Shown: piece after piece, positions 18,923 through 29,385 of the stretch
Position numbering within the stretch: position 1 is the stretch's first letter
Layout: the number at the start of each line of letters is the position of its first letter
IMG/VR virus record: IMGVR_UViG_3300045049_000270
Origin: a virus
Lineage: Duplodnaviria > Heunggongvirae > Uroviricota > Caudoviricetes
Length of the DNA: 64,000 nucleotides
Strand: one strand, 5' to 3'
Position numbers and translations under genes: made by a program
The notes under the pieces: generated by a model
The model's input: only the letters and a program-made list of their open reading frames with translations
Database searches by the model: none
Told to the model about the DNA's origin: nothing

Positions 18923-21900
18923 TATGAAATCCGTAGGTTAGAAGCTGTATTGGAATTTACGATTACAATATCGCTTACCTGTGCTGTGCTAATAAACAAT
19001 TCGTCACTGTTGCTTCGTACTTCAAATAAATTACCAAAAACACCAGTTGGTGATGTTGGAACAATAACAACAGAACTGATGGCGGTGGCCAATTGAATAT
19101 GAATATATGCTGCCAATTCGGTGTAATAGAAAGTTTCTCCGAATTCCCATTTATTTACATCGAAATAAGAATTGATAGCCGCAATAATATTCGATCGAAT
19201 TTCACCATCACTCATTGTGGTGTTAGGTATCTTAACAACTTTGAACTGTGCTTGTAATTCAGTTTCTGCCGTTGAACCAAACAAGAATTTGTAGTTGACT
19301 GGGCGCCAAACAATCTGATCGCTGAACATCTTATATTGTTCGAGGCTTGCAAACTGCTGGGCCAACTCTACATCAGTTGGTGCTTTTGGTTGGGTCGATG
19401 GATCACAACCAGCTGCAATCCACTGGCGAATCAAAAAATCATATTCATATGTTAGAACAAATGCATCAATTACATTAGTGATTGCTGGGTCAATACGAGT
19501 ATCCAAGTCGGCATAGTGTTTCCATTGGAATTGCAATTTACCAGCACCTGGTAGAGCAACATAGCCAGGATCAGTAATCAATGTGGGAGCGCCATTCACA
19601 TATTTGTAAAACGTCTGTATATTTTCCGTTGTATTGATTAGACAGAAAATTGTTCCATCAGCAAATTGACCATTCTCAGGCATCACTTGATATGCATTAA
19701 TATCAAGTGGTTGCAACCCTGAATCTTGTGTTGTCGGATCACCATAAAAGAATACATAGCCAAAGTTTGTTGAATTATTAGCTACTACTGTTTGGAATAC
19801 ATCTGGAGTGTCAGGATTACCATCATTATCAGAATCCGTGGGTGTAACGATAACGCGAGTTGGATCTATGAAACCATCGCTTTCGTACATTGCTGACATA
19901 ATATCAAAACTTACACCGGTCAATGATGGCTGGAGAAAGGTAATATGATCGCGAACGGCCAATCCAGTGTTGGCATCAATTATTGATGCAGATGCATCAT
20001 TGTACCATTGGACATTGCTCATACTCTGGAATACGAATTTCAAACCTTGAATAATGTTGATAGTCCAGAAAGATGATCCTACATATTGAATATCAGCAAC
20101 ATGAATAGCTGGTAAACCATTAATTCCAATAACTGGTCCAGTAGAATTGATGTCCAGCACATTCCATGTACCAGCAATCATATCACCACTAGCCAACAAT
20201 GTGTTCATATCAAATTGATACCATAGTGAGAATGGTCGACGTGTTGTGAAATAATTCTGTACCTGTTGTAATTCTGTTGGTGCCAAATTGCTTGGTATTT
20301 GATTACTCAAACCAGGACGGAATGCTGGGCAAATTTGGATAATCGATGCACCATTTTGAATTGTTTCATCAGTTATCAAAGCATTCGATAACGCCAATTG
20401 GCTAACAAAATCAGGAATGGCACCAGCAGTATTCTGCGTAACATTACGAAGCACATTTGATTGGCTGATCTTCACCCATCGTGTTTTTGTAACAGCAGAC
20501 CCAGAAGTCATATCAGTCCATTGAACTTTCAATTGTGCTCCAGTTGTCAAGAAATTGAATAATGGGTAAATCGTATTGTTATCAGAATTCGAATTGATTG
20601 AAATTCCACCAGTTGCACTCCAACCTGCACCAGTTGATGCCACCCAAGTAGCAGTATTAGCTGGAATAGTCATCTGTGATGTATATGAATTCATCCACAA
20701 ATTAATGAAGTAATCTCGAAGTGAGATATTGTTCAACATTGGTTGAAGTTTATTAATTGCCAATTGTTCTGGCGTCAAATTAGCAGTTGTTGGAATATTC
20801 AAATATTGTGTGGTTGGCAGGGTGTACATCCAACCATCATCACTATAAACAACAGTGTCTTGGTATGTCGACGTAGGATCATTAATGTCTAAGTAACGAC
20901 TATGGCCTGAGTAAATTCTATTCACCGCATGCATCTTCACAATTTCGTTCGATGTTAATGGGTAAACGTTGTAATCCTCGCCAGAAACCATACGATTCTG
21001 TGATGCAAATGATTGTGGAGCACGACGACGAATGGCATCGATATCTTCACTAGCAACCGCATTAGCAACCGTTTCTTGCAATGAGAAAGTTAATGTTAGG
21101 GTCTGATTGCGACCAGTTACGTCAGTATAAGGGATAACAATCTGGCAATTCTGCATGTCGGATGGTCGCAATTGATATTGCTGACCATTTACTGTGCGAT
21201 ACCATAGACGTAGATTGCCTACTGGCACATCCCCAAATGTCCCATCGCCGAAACGCATCGTCACTTGATCGTTATCTTGCGTAATAACACTGTAGATGCT
21301 ACGAACGCTTGGTGCTACTGAATTGAATGTGATATTATCAGTAATAACGGTTGGGACTTGGGTCCATTGTGTTGTGATATTACTTGAACTATCGATTGAT
21401 TGAACCCAAACATCAGTCTGGCTGATATTGTTTACATTAATGTCTATTGTACGATTTTCAATAGGGTCGGGTAGATAGTATGTTGTCGATTGCAATGTTC
21501 CTTGCTTAAACAGCATAAAGAAACCAGTTCGTGTACTCGAATTTCCCAGACCATCATTCCGATATACTATATGGAATGCTTGTGATGGATCTGGATCTAA
21601 TTCCGAAAAACCAACGGTATCGAAATCAGTATTAACGATTTCGAATGGATTACTTGTGCCATCCACGTTTGCACTATATGAATAGACACATGTTGGATTT
21701 GACACATTGGTTAGAGCATACAGTTGTGTTGGGATGCTTGAAACACTGAGCGATTTTAATGGAATACCAAATGGATTAGTAGTTGGAAATGCGGCGTTCA
21801 ATACTACTGTGAATTGTTCCATCCAGTCTGGATTATCTGGATCGTTCCAGTTGATTGTCTGATTGTTTAGATTTGTTCCAAAACTGTCAAAAACGCTCTG

Positions 21901-22284
21901 GCTGGTTTTCACGTTTGTGATCTTTACTAGACCTCGAGCTGACTGCGCACGACGTGCATTGTAGCTCAGGAAGCGTGCCAGACGTAATACGGACTCACGA
22001 GCTTGTGCCGTTTCCAGAAAATTTTCGCGCGCATTGACATCTGTGCGGAAAGCCAGGGTACCAGCCAACCATGACAGCAAGTCAATGATCATCACGAATT
22101 CTTGATCTTCGATCCAATCGTTAAAGTCTTCAGGATAGTTTGTCTGAATATAGTTTTGTAGAGCAGTATTGATACTCGCAGGATCTGATGCATTGAAGTT
22201 GATCTGCGTGAATGCTCGATAAAGAACTGTCCAGTCCTGGCCTGAAAACAGCTCACTTTGTCTGATCTGTTGGTTTGATGACAT
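18922..22284 (-). CDS. gp6: Baseplate wedge protein, T4 gp6-like
   Basis: ARENFLETAQARESVLRLARFLSY, FGDGTFG, and ASEDIDAIRRRAPQSFASQNRMVSGEDY motifs; follows gp25. Confidence 0.85.
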   Translation of the reverse strand: MSSNQQIRQSELFSGQDWTVLYRAFTQINFNASDPASINTALQNYIQTNYPEDFNDWIEDQEFVMIIDLLSWLAGTLAFRTDVNARENFLETAQARESVLRLARFLSYNARRAQSARGLVKITNVKTSQSVFDSFGTNLNNQTINWNDPDNPDWMEQFTVVLNAAFPTTNPFGIPLKSLSVSSIPTQLYALTNVSNPTCVYSYSANVDGTSNPFEIVNTDFDTVGFSELDPDPSQAFHIVYRNDGLGNSSTRTGFFMLFKQGTLQSTTYYLPDPIENRTIDINVNNISQTDVWVQSIDSSSNITTQWTQVPTVITDNITFNSVAPSVRSIYSVITQDNDQVTMRFGDGTFGDVPVGNLRLWYRTVNGQQYQLRPSDMQNCQIVIPYTDVTGRNQTLTLTFSLQETVANAVASEDIDAIRRRAPQSFASQNRMVSGEDYNVYPLTSNEIVKMHAVNRIYSGHSRYLDINDPTSTYQDTVVYSDDGWMYTLPTTQYLNIPTTANLTPEQLAINKLQPMLNNISLRDYFINLWMNSYTSQMTIPANTATWVASTGAGWSATGGISINSNSDNNTIYPLFNFLTTGAQLKVQWTDMTSGSAVTKTRWVKISQSNVLRNVTQNTAGAIPDFVSQLALSNALITDETIQNGASIIQICPAFRPGLSNQIPSNLAPTELQQVQNYFTTRRPFSLWYQFDMNTLLASGDMIAGTWNVLDINSTGPVIGINGLPAIHVADIQYVGSSFWTINIIQGLKFVFQSMSNVQWYNDASASIIDANTGLAVRDHITFLQPSLTGVSFDIMSAMYESDGFIDPTRVIVTPTDSDNDGNPDTPDVFQTVVANNSTNFGYVFFYGDPTTQDSGLQPLDINAYQVMPENGQFADGTIFCLINTTENIQTFYKYVNGAPTLITDPGYVALPGAGKLQFQWKHYADLDTRIDPAITNVIDAFVLTYEYDFLIRQWIAAGCDPSTQPKAPTDVELAQQFASLEQYKMFSDQIVWRPVNYKFLFGSTAETELQAQFKVVKIPNTTMSDGEIRSNIIAAINSYFDVNKWEFGETFYYTELAAYIHIQLATAISSVVIVPTSPTGVFGNLFEVRSNSDELFISTAQVSDIVIVNSNTASNLRIS

Positions 22285-22685
22285 TAGCTATTGTCTCCCA
22301 ATGACGCTGAAAGTGCGGATTGGCGGTTATTGAAGTCAACGATGAAAGTACCAATTGAGTTGTATGGAATGTAATTCAAGACTATTTCTACACGAATGCC
22401 TAAATCATATTGAATCACATTCACACTAACAACACTCAGACGAGGATCCAATTCGCAAATGCGAATTGCTTCTGTTTTGATACTGTCTACCAATTGTTGA
22501 GTGAATGGTTCTTCCAATTTGTACCAAATGGTGCAACCACGTTCTGGGCGCATTACCTGTTCACCAGGAAGAACATGGAAACGAACGTACAAGTCTTGTT
22601 CGATCAATTTCAGATCGTGTAGTGTTTTATCGCCACCATTGTCAGCAGACATACTACTGAAACCAGTGAATGTGAAGTTACTCAT
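22284..22685 (-). CDS. gp25: Baseplate wedge protein, gp25-like
   Basis: LIEQDL...PGEQVMRPERG...EPF...DPRL pattern of the gp25/GPW family. Confidence 0.85.
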   Translation of the reverse strand: MSNFTFTGFSSMSADNGGDKTLHDLKLIEQDLYVRFHVLPGEQVMRPERGCTIWYKLEEPFTQQLVDSIKTEAIRICELDPRLSVVSVNVIQYDLGIRVEIVLNYIPYNSIGTFIVDFNNRQSALSASLGDNS

Positions 22686-22708
22686 TATCTTTCATCCAAT
22701 TATGTACT

Positions 22709-22731
22709 TATTTATTCACGGAATTAAATGC
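22709..22731 (-). promoter_or_regulatory. Putative late promoter, GCATTTAATT-N6-ATAAATA
   Basis: Upstream of gp25; motif shared with two other loci. Confidence 0.65.
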
Positions 22732-22751
22732 TCAGATAATGGTGAAACTCA

Positions 22752-22903
22752 GAGTTCTCTCTGGGTTCTGTATCGTCCGTGAAGGCTTAGCCAGCGATTA
22801 CAACCTTCATGAATTTGAGGAGTTCTCTCTGGGTTTGACATAAACATCTGATAGAGCCAGTGATACTGGCGACATGTTTTGTAACCTCCATGAATTATTC
22901 GTG
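22752..22903 (-). repeat. Two copies of a bipartite arm-hairpin-arm element (minus orientation)
   Basis: On the + strand: GAGTTCTCTCTGGGTT at 22752 and 22820; AACCT(T/C)CATGAATT at 22802 and 22883. Self-complementary spacers lie between the arms. The same element occurs at 53478-53760. Confidence 0.85.
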
Positions 22904-22924
22904 AAGAATGATTTTTAATGGATG

Positions 22925-25009
22925 TTAAGTGGTAGTGGTACTATTAGCTTTAGCTGCGAATGCTTGTGCTCTTCCGCCTATTTTCTTTTGGAAGCCGTTG
23001 TAGACGTCTTGTACGGTTGAAGCCACTTTAAAGATATCTGGATTAGAAGTCACCACCCAGACTGGTACTACTGATCGTGCGTTTGCTGTTGGATCGGCTT
23101 TTAGGAATTTCAGAGCTCCTCCTGGTCCCAGGAAGTGAGCCATGTAGATATCGGTTGCTACGGGATCTCTGCCTAATCCTCTTTTGAGTATTGCTGTATT
23201 TTCTGCTGCGTAGAATGCGCCGAAGAGTGCTGATGCTTCTGGGTCTTTTTTCATTGCGAAGGTGATATTATATTGTGGGTATCGTTGCATCATAGACTTC
23301 CAGGTGCCGTCGGTGAATTGATATAAACCGTCAGCGGTTGATGCTGGTCGTGCTGAAGCATTGGGTCTGAATGCTGATTCAGTTGCACAGATAGCCATAA
23401 GAACGCCGATATCTACGCCTGTTATGCTTGCTGCTTTTTTTATAGCGTTCATTACTTCGATGGGGATATGGAAGCCGTTGATGCTTGTTTGTTGTCCGCT
23501 CAGGGATGGATTAGGTATTAGTTTGTCTTTACCATCGCCAGTAGTAACATTTGTTGTTGCTGGTTGATCGGTTGTACCATCACCAGGTTTGGTTTTAAAT
23601 GGTGATGGTCGATCAGTTGAACCATTTGGTTGGAATGGTACATTAGCGATTTGACCTTGTGGTGGTGTTGCTGCTTTGGATGATGGGTGACCGTTCCATG
23701 GTTCGTGAGTTGGCATTCTGCTAACGATGGTATTGATGCTTGTTGTGCCGTTAGTTTGTGTGGTTGGTACTATCTTTTCTGGTGCTGTTGCTTTATCAGC
23801 TTTATCGGGATCTGGGGCGGATCCACTATTATCTTGAATTTGTCCAGCTGAACGGATAATCGTACCTGCTTTTGTGGTATGATTTCCTCCTGCGCCAGTT
23901 TGCATATCGCCTGTAGCATACAAATTCACATTGCTTGATGCAGTGGCATCAAGATCAGATTGTGTTGATAGAGCCAGAGTTCCGGTTGATGTCAAAAGTA
24001 ATTGACCAGATGACAATCCACTCATATCGCGTGCTGATGCTAATTGTAGAGTACCACCGGAATTCAATGAAGTATTGCCTGTGCTCTGAGTTGCGATATT
24101 GCCACCTGAGGTAACGGTTACGTTACCACCGGCATCCAGATTGATATTTCGATCTGATCTTACGTTGAAGTCTTGTTCTGTGTGTAGACTAATAGAACCA
24201 CGTGAGTATATGTCAACGCCAGCGTCTGACACTTCAATCCATGAATTGCCTAATCCTGAGTTGATATAAACATAGCCATTAGTTTCGTGTACTAATACTT
24301 GGGTACCAGAACGAGTACGTAGACGGATGAACTCATTGTTTTCATTATCATCAACATATACTTGGTTTGCACGTGGAGTTAAAAATCCAAACACCTTTGA
24401 TGGTGCTTCACGACGTGCTGATGCTGATGTTGAACCTCGTTCGTAGTCATGTGTCAATCCCTGGGATTGTAGGCCCAAAGCTAGTGGATCGAATCGTGGG
24501 CGAATTGGGTTGGCCGTATTGATGTTTGGATCAGCTTTGTTATATTCAACGACTGGTGGCAAGCTGTTGTCTGCGTTATTCTCAAATGCGGTATCGATAG
24601 CCACACCAGGAACCATATGGTTCATATTTTGGGAATAGATACAAGCGAACCAGAAGCCTTTCGAAGCTTCACCATTAATGAAAGTAACCAGTACTTGATT
24701 TTCTACATCTGGTGGGACTGACCACCAGCCATAGCTTTGTTGGCTTTCACCATACAAATGTGAATTTGGTACACGATTAGCAGGGTCGCTTACGCCAGCG
24801 AATGGCGAAGCGTAGCTTACTACGAACCAATGTGCTTCATTTTTTGGATCGCCGCCCATTTCAGGAATGAAGACTTCAAGTCGACCCATACGTTGTTGAT
24901 CGACATTATTTTTTACAATACCAATGTAGATTTTCCCATCTACGATACGGCCGGCACCGGGTTCATTTTTATAGCCAGATGATGTGTGTTTAAAAGAGCC
25001 AAAAGACAT
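22925..25009 (-). CDS. gp5: Baseplate hub/spike protein, gp5-like, with C-terminal lytic transglycosylase (SLT) domain
   Basis: N-terminal OB fold (GIVKNNVDQQRMGRLEVFIP..YASPFAG..PPDVENQVLVTF); beta-helix repeats; PTHEPW; ATESAFRPNA..GLYQF..TW..YMAHFLGPGG. Confidence 0.85.
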   Translation of the reverse strand: MSFGSFKHTSSGYKNEPGAGRIVDGKIYIGIVKNNVDQQRMGRLEVFIPEMGGDPKNEAHWFVVSYASPFAGVSDPANRVPNSHLYGESQQSYGWWSVPPDVENQVLVTFINGEASKGFWFACIYSQNMNHMVPGVAIDTAFENNADNSLPPVVEYNKADPNINTANPIRPRFDPLALGLQSQGLTHDYERGSTSASARREAPSKVFGFLTPRANQVYVDDNENNEFIRLRTRSGTQVLVHETNGYVYINSGLGNSWIEVSDAGVDIYSRGSISLHTEQDFNVRSDRNINLDAGGNVTVTSGGNIATQSTGNTSLNSGGTLQLASARDMSGLSSGQLLLTSTGTLALSTQSDLDATASSNVNLYATGDMQTGAGGNHTTKAGTIIRSAGQIQDNSGSAPDPDKADKATAPEKIVPTTQTNGTTSINTIVSRMPTHEPWNGHPSSKAATPPQGQIANVPFQPNGSTDRPSPFKTKPGDGTTDQPATTNVTTGDGKDKLIPNPSLSGQQTSINGFHIPIEVMNAIKKAASITGVDIGVLMAICATESAFRPNASARPASTADGLYQFTDGTWKSMMQRYPQYNITFAMKKDPEASALFGAFYAAENTAILKRGLGRDPVATDIYMAHFLGPGGALKFLKADPTANARSVVPVWVVTSNPDIFKVASTVQDVYNGFQKKIGGRAQAFAAKANSTTTT

Positions 25010-25017
25010 ATATTACC

Positions 25018-27513
25018 TTATTGATTGACTTGGCCTGAAATTGTTTGATTAGCTGCAATTGAAGGTTGAGCTTGCGCGCTTGTATTAAAGTCAAGTGCTT
25101 TGAATGCATCAGTCAATGCCATACGTGCTGCGGAAATATCTTGTTTGAAAACTCCACCTGCAAAGGTATGAATAATCTGGGTCACACGGTAGATACCAGT
25201 GAAACTTTCGTTGTATTTGAATATTGGTGAACCATCGCTAGCTACGCCTAATGGATATTTGAATGCAATTAGGAACATGATATCACCATAGGTATAATCG
25301 ACTTGTTTTAATCTGGTCATATCTTTCGCCATATGGTCACGTGGAATAGAAATGTTCACCCATCGATTTACACAGCGTTCTAGATTACTAGCACCAAGCC
25401 AATATGGATCGCCGCGTATTGTTAATTGAATACTTTGTAGATCCGCAGTTACTGGACCGTAAATTTGATCCAGGATGGCACCATATATTGAGCGATCTCG
25501 AGTATAATATGCTGGTAATGGTCCTGCACCATAAGTTGTAGGACTTGGTGCTTGTTTTATTGAAACTGGCAATCTTGGAACCTGCGTATTGGATAACTGA
25601 TCTTCAGCATATAAAATATTAGAGCGACTTTGATCTGGTCTTTGTTTACTCAATAAGAAGTCCTGATTTGTTTGTGAAGCGGCACTTGATACTTGGGTTT
25701 TTAGTGAACCAATTTGATTACTTTTTCTAGTAATAGAATCTCGAATTTCTGATTCTTTTGCTTGTATCTCGGTTAGTTTCTGATCATTTGATCCATTGTT
25801 ATTGGTATTTTTCAGTTGTGATTCGGTGGCTTCGAGCTCAGTCAATTGTTGTTTCAATGAATTATTCTGCTCAACCAAATTCTGCATTTGTGCAGCCAGA
25901 GCATTATAATCCTGAGCATCTTGACGTGCTTTTGCCTGATCCGTCATAGCAACATTCGATCCTTGCAGACCATACAAATATGGTAAAGTTGCAGACCAGT
26001 TCAAGTTAAATTTGAAATCGAAAGATAAAACTTCAGTATTCAAACCAGTAAACAAATAATCATAACGCTTGACCATATACGCACTTTCTGTGAAGTTTGT
26101 TATTTTGGTTATTTGATTATTCGTTATGTTTGCATTCGTGATATCTGATTCCGAGATGATAGGTTTGGTTGTAAAATAGCTCAGAATGTTGAAAGTGACA
26201 GTCTTTGCGTATTGATTCACGGTAGCCAAATAATCACCAAAATCAACTGTAGGTTCATGACGGAATACAATACAGTTTCTTGTGGATTGATCAGGTTTGT
26301 CGATATCGCCATCAGTCATAACATCTTTTGCATACTTCTGTGCATCTGGGCAACTCACAAAAAGTTGTTCAATAACATCAGTGAGATTAGTACCCTTTGC
26401 AAATGCTGCTTTGTGTGGTGTGGCTTTATCAACTCCTTCTTCTGAACTTAATGGATTACTTCTTATATCACTGAAATCGATTTGGCTTGGTGATAGCGAC
26501 CATTTCGAAGGATCGATTGTTTTGCCGTTCATAATGAATGGAACCAAGTTAAATTGGTATTGTGTCACTTGGGAGCCATACATAATCAGATTATTACTAT
26601 TCAATGCTGATGCTAAGTCATTCAGCATTTGGCCTATAGTCGAACCTTTTGGTAGATATGGGAACGGTAATTTTAAATCTAATTCTTCATAAATGTCTTC
26701 TTCGGCAGGGATACAAGTAATTGTATATGTACTACCGGCAGCATTTGCTTCAACTGCAATATTTGAAATGGCTACTTGGTATAACCATGAGCCACTATTT
26801 GGAAAATCAACACAAGGATTTTTGTCGAATAAACCATTGTCGTCATAACCTTTGAATGTTACTTCAATAAAATAATAGAACTTGCTGAAGTTGCTGATGC
26901 CAAGTTCTGCTGCTGACTGCGCGATCATATCAAAAAAACTAACACCAAGTGGTTCCTTGATGATCAATGTGAATTCGGTAGCGGCAACTGATCTAGTTAC
27001 ATGGTTGGGTGCGGGAATTGTCTTTATTGTGAGACTGTCAACAGCTAGACCAGTAACACCAGATTGAGCAATTGTGGTTGACTTTCTATCCGCCACCGCT
27101 TGGCGAGCAGCCGTCCAAGATTTGGTAGTTGAAAACGAAATTGGTGTATCATCCGTAATGAAGAAACGAATGTTATATGTGGCTTGATTTACACTTGACA
27201 GAACATTAGGTTGCCAAGATGTATCGTTCGCATTGCTTAGAATCTGAGCCCCAACTGCTGCCGTTGTAGAATCTGACAAAGGCGTTGATGTAACCAAATT
27301 GCTTGTAAATGTTCCTGATTGTGCGGCAACATTATTGGCAATATTTGGGCTTATAGTCGTGAATAGCGTGCTATTACCCAATGTGGCCAATCCAGAAGTA
27401 TTTGCAGTATCAGTTACTACTGATTTTGTAGCAAAAGTGGGCGGTGCTAATTTGGAAACCTTCTGGTTTTGAGCCACATTACCAGTAGGTGTTGAATCTG
27501 TAAAATCAGCCAT
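25018..27513 (-). CDS. Probable baseplate hub protein (gp27-like)
   Basis: 831 aa between the gp53-like and gp5-like genes; LTIRGDPYWL and FTGIYRVTQIIHTF..GVFKQ C-terminal hub motifs. Confidence 0.6.
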   Translation of the reverse strand: MADFTDSTPTGNVAQNQKVSKLAPPTFATKSVVTDTANTSGLATLGNSTLFTTISPNIANNVAAQSGTFTSNLVTSTPLSDSTTAAVGAQILSNANDTSWQPNVLSSVNQATYNIRFFITDDTPISFSTTKSWTAARQAVADRKSTTIAQSGVTGLAVDSLTIKTIPAPNHVTRSVAATEFTLIIKEPLGVSFFDMIAQSAAELGISNFSKFYYFIEVTFKGYDDNGLFDKNPCVDFPNSGSWLYQVAISNIAVEANAAGSTYTITCIPAEEDIYEELDLKLPFPYLPKGSTIGQMLNDLASALNSNNLIMYGSQVTQYQFNLVPFIMNGKTIDPSKWSLSPSQIDFSDIRSNPLSSEEGVDKATPHKAAFAKGTNLTDVIEQLFVSCPDAQKYAKDVMTDGDIDKPDQSTRNCIVFRHEPTVDFGDYLATVNQYAKTVTFNILSYFTTKPIISESDITNANITNNQITKITNFTESAYMVKRYDYLFTGLNTEVLSFDFKFNLNWSATLPYLYGLQGSNVAMTDQAKARQDAQDYNALAAQMQNLVEQNNSLKQQLTELEATESQLKNTNNNGSNDQKLTEIQAKESEIRDSITRKSNQIGSLKTQVSSAASQTNQDFLLSKQRPDQSRSNILYAEDQLSNTQVPRLPVSIKQAPSPTTYGAGPLPAYYTRDRSIYGAILDQIYGPVTADLQSIQLTIRGDPYWLGASNLERCVNRWVNISIPRDHMAKDMTRLKQVDYTYGDIMFLIAFKYPLGVASDGSPIFKYNESFTGIYRVTQIIHTFAGGVFKQDISAARMALTDAFKALDFNTSAQAQPSIAANQTISGQVNQ

Positions 27514-27515
27514 AA

Positions 27516-27830
27516 TTAACCAAGAAGCGATTGAATGCGAGATTTTGTCGGAACATAGATTGACATACCGGCAGTCATATCCCAGATTGGATCACGAATA
27601 AGATCGACATTTCTAACCATAAACACCCACCAGTAAGCAGGAGTCTGATACAATTCATAACTCAAAGCATCTGGTCGATATTGATATCGAGGATCCAGTG
27701 ATGCAATAAATTGATCGGTAGAATCAGCTGGTATATTACGATATTGAATTGGTCCAATATACCAGCTTGTTTGTGGTGTTGTGAAATATGGTGATGATGC
27801 AGGGTAAACAATCTTAGTCATTAGATCCAA
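27516..27830 (-). CDS. gp53: Baseplate wedge protein, gp53-like (LysM-like)
   Basis: YRPDALSYELYQTPAYWWVF..N..I.DPIWD...G..IYVP. Confidence 0.8.
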   Translation of the reverse strand: MDLMTKIVYPASSPYFTTPQTSWYIGPIQYRNIPADSTDQFIASLDPRYQYRPDALSYELYQTPAYWWVFMVRNVDLIRDPIWDMTAGMSIYVPTKSRIQSLLG

Positions 27831-28729
27831 CCTTTCGAACGCATAAGTTCGCCCGTTCTGAATTTATCCAAATCAAAATCTTTTCTCATGGCGGTTGGCG
27901 TGTGTTGAACAACTAAGGAAACCGAGATTTGCATTAAGGATGGCAAACGCACATGGCCACCAGCAACTTGGATTGTCACATAGTCAACTGTGTTGTCTAA
28001 TGTATATGAATGATTCATCACAATAACTGGTAAATCATTAAACATGTAATCACCATAACCGCTTAAGAGTAATACTGGTGGTGGCATGCCGGCCAAGGAA
28101 GGATTTGATTGACCAAAATACATCTTACTCACTGTTCTCAAAAAATGTATTGAAGCGAGTAAATATTCTCCTTCGCGTTGATTTTGCAATGACCATTGAC
28201 CAGATATATCAATCTTCGTACTTGGTGTATTTTTATATGCGTAATAATCTTGATTACTATGTATAAAATGTAATGGTTCGTACTCTACCGCTTGATTCCA
28301 TGAAATCGTTGGTGTGTATGGAAAGAACATACCATTCGTTTCATACAGAATATTCAATATATTATTCGTACCGTTGGGCCCATAAACTTTCTGTTGTGCT
28401 GATACTTGTGGACGTATACGAACACGAAAATCAACAGAATTACCAATGCTGCCTGTTTGGTTAGCCGTAGATCCAAAAATACTATTCGAAATATTTGAGA
28501 TTTCGGAATTGATACCACCAGTAAGGCCAGTAAGAGTTGCTGGCAAACCACTAAGGCTGGACGTCAAGCCTGTAGTTAGGCTACTAGCGGTTTGAGTGAA
28601 ACTAGCTGGAATGCTAAGAGCATCACTGCTTATATTGGTGCCACCAGTAATGCTAAAGCCATTTAGAGAAGTAGTGGTACTACCGACTGAATTTGGCAAA
28701 GAAAAATTAAAATCACTCATTTTGGACAC
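27821..28729 (-). CDS. Probable baseplate-tail tube junction protein (gp48/gp54-like)
   Basis: FPYTPTI, HFLRTVSKM and PPPVLLLSGYG..MFNDLPV motifs; position in the baseplate block. Confidence 0.55.
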   Translation of the reverse strand: MSKMSDFNFSLPNSVGSTTTSLNGFSITGGTNISSDALSIPASFTQTASSLTTGLTSSLSGLPATLTGLTGGINSEISNISNSIFGSTANQTGSIGNSVDFRVRIRPQVSAQQKVYGPNGTNNILNILYETNGMFFPYTPTISWNQAVEYEPLHFIHSNQDYYAYKNTPSTKIDISGQWSLQNQREGEYLLASIHFLRTVSKMYFGQSNPSLAGMPPPVLLLSGYGDYMFNDLPVIVMNHSYTLDNTVDYVTIQVAGGHVRLPSLMQISVSLVVQHTPTAMRKDFDLDKFRTGELMRSKGWI

Positions 28730-29258
28730 CCAAGCCCTGACGGACGCATTTATATATTTCTTGCGCTACCGTAATGCTTTTGATGGGAACCATTTTTTGG
28801 AAGTTCACAAAATTGCCTTCCGAAGCCCATTTTCTTGCGGCAGTAGCGCTGTAATCATGGACATCACGTGGAATTACGATCACCTCGATCGATTGCAAGC
28901 CAATTCTTTTTTCTGGTTCTGGATGATTGATATAATTGTTCAAAGCTGTTTCGAACGAATTTTCTCGATCTTGACCAACAACCAAAGTGCCATGCAAATA
29001 CCCTTCTTTTGCCAATTCACGACATGCTGAGAAAACGTTCATGGTATCTACTATATTGACACCAGGAAAGCATTGTTTGGCAAAATCAAGCTTCTTTTCT
29101 ACGACTAGTGGATTATTCTTTTTGTCATGTGTCCTAGTTAAAAACACACGATGATCGCACTTTTTTTCATCTGCCAAGTCTAAGACTCGTTTTACCAATT
29201 TCTCGTGTCCTTTTGTTGGCGGATTCATACGGCAGATCGTAAAAACAATTTTATCCAT
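28713..29258 (-). CDS. Cytidyltransferase-like (HIGH-motif) nucleotidyltransferase
   Basis: RMNPPTKGH, KKNNPL, VVGQDR and SATAAR motifs. Confidence 0.8.
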   Translation of the reverse strand: MDKIVFTICRMNPPTKGHEKLVKRVLDLADEKKCDHRVFLTRTHDKKNNPLVVEKKLDFAKQCFPGVNIVDTMNVFSACRELAKEGYLHGTLVVGQDRENSFETALNNYINHPEPEKRIGLQSIEVIVIPRDVHDYSATAARKWASEGNFVNFQKMVPIKSITVAQEIYKCVRQGLGVQNE

Positions 29259-29272
29259 GATTTTTACCCAAG

Positions 29273-29295
29273 TATTTATTCGTTAAATTAAATGC
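29273..29295 (-). promoter_or_regulatory. Putative late promoter, GCATTTAATT-N6-ATAAATA
   Basis: Heads the leftward baseplate gene block; motif shared with 7984 and 22709. Confidence 0.65.
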
Positions 29296-29311
29296 CACTA
29301 TAACTGGTTTA

Positions 29312-29340
29312 TTGATATTAACCAGATATTTCATTACTCT
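29312..29340 (+). promoter_or_regulatory. Putative sigma70-type promoter for gp55-gp47-gp46
   Basis: TTGATA-N17-TACTCT upstream of 29386. Confidence 0.45.
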
Positions 29341-29385
29341 AGGTGAAACAATAAACGGACTTTTGTCCATTAATTAAGAATTACA

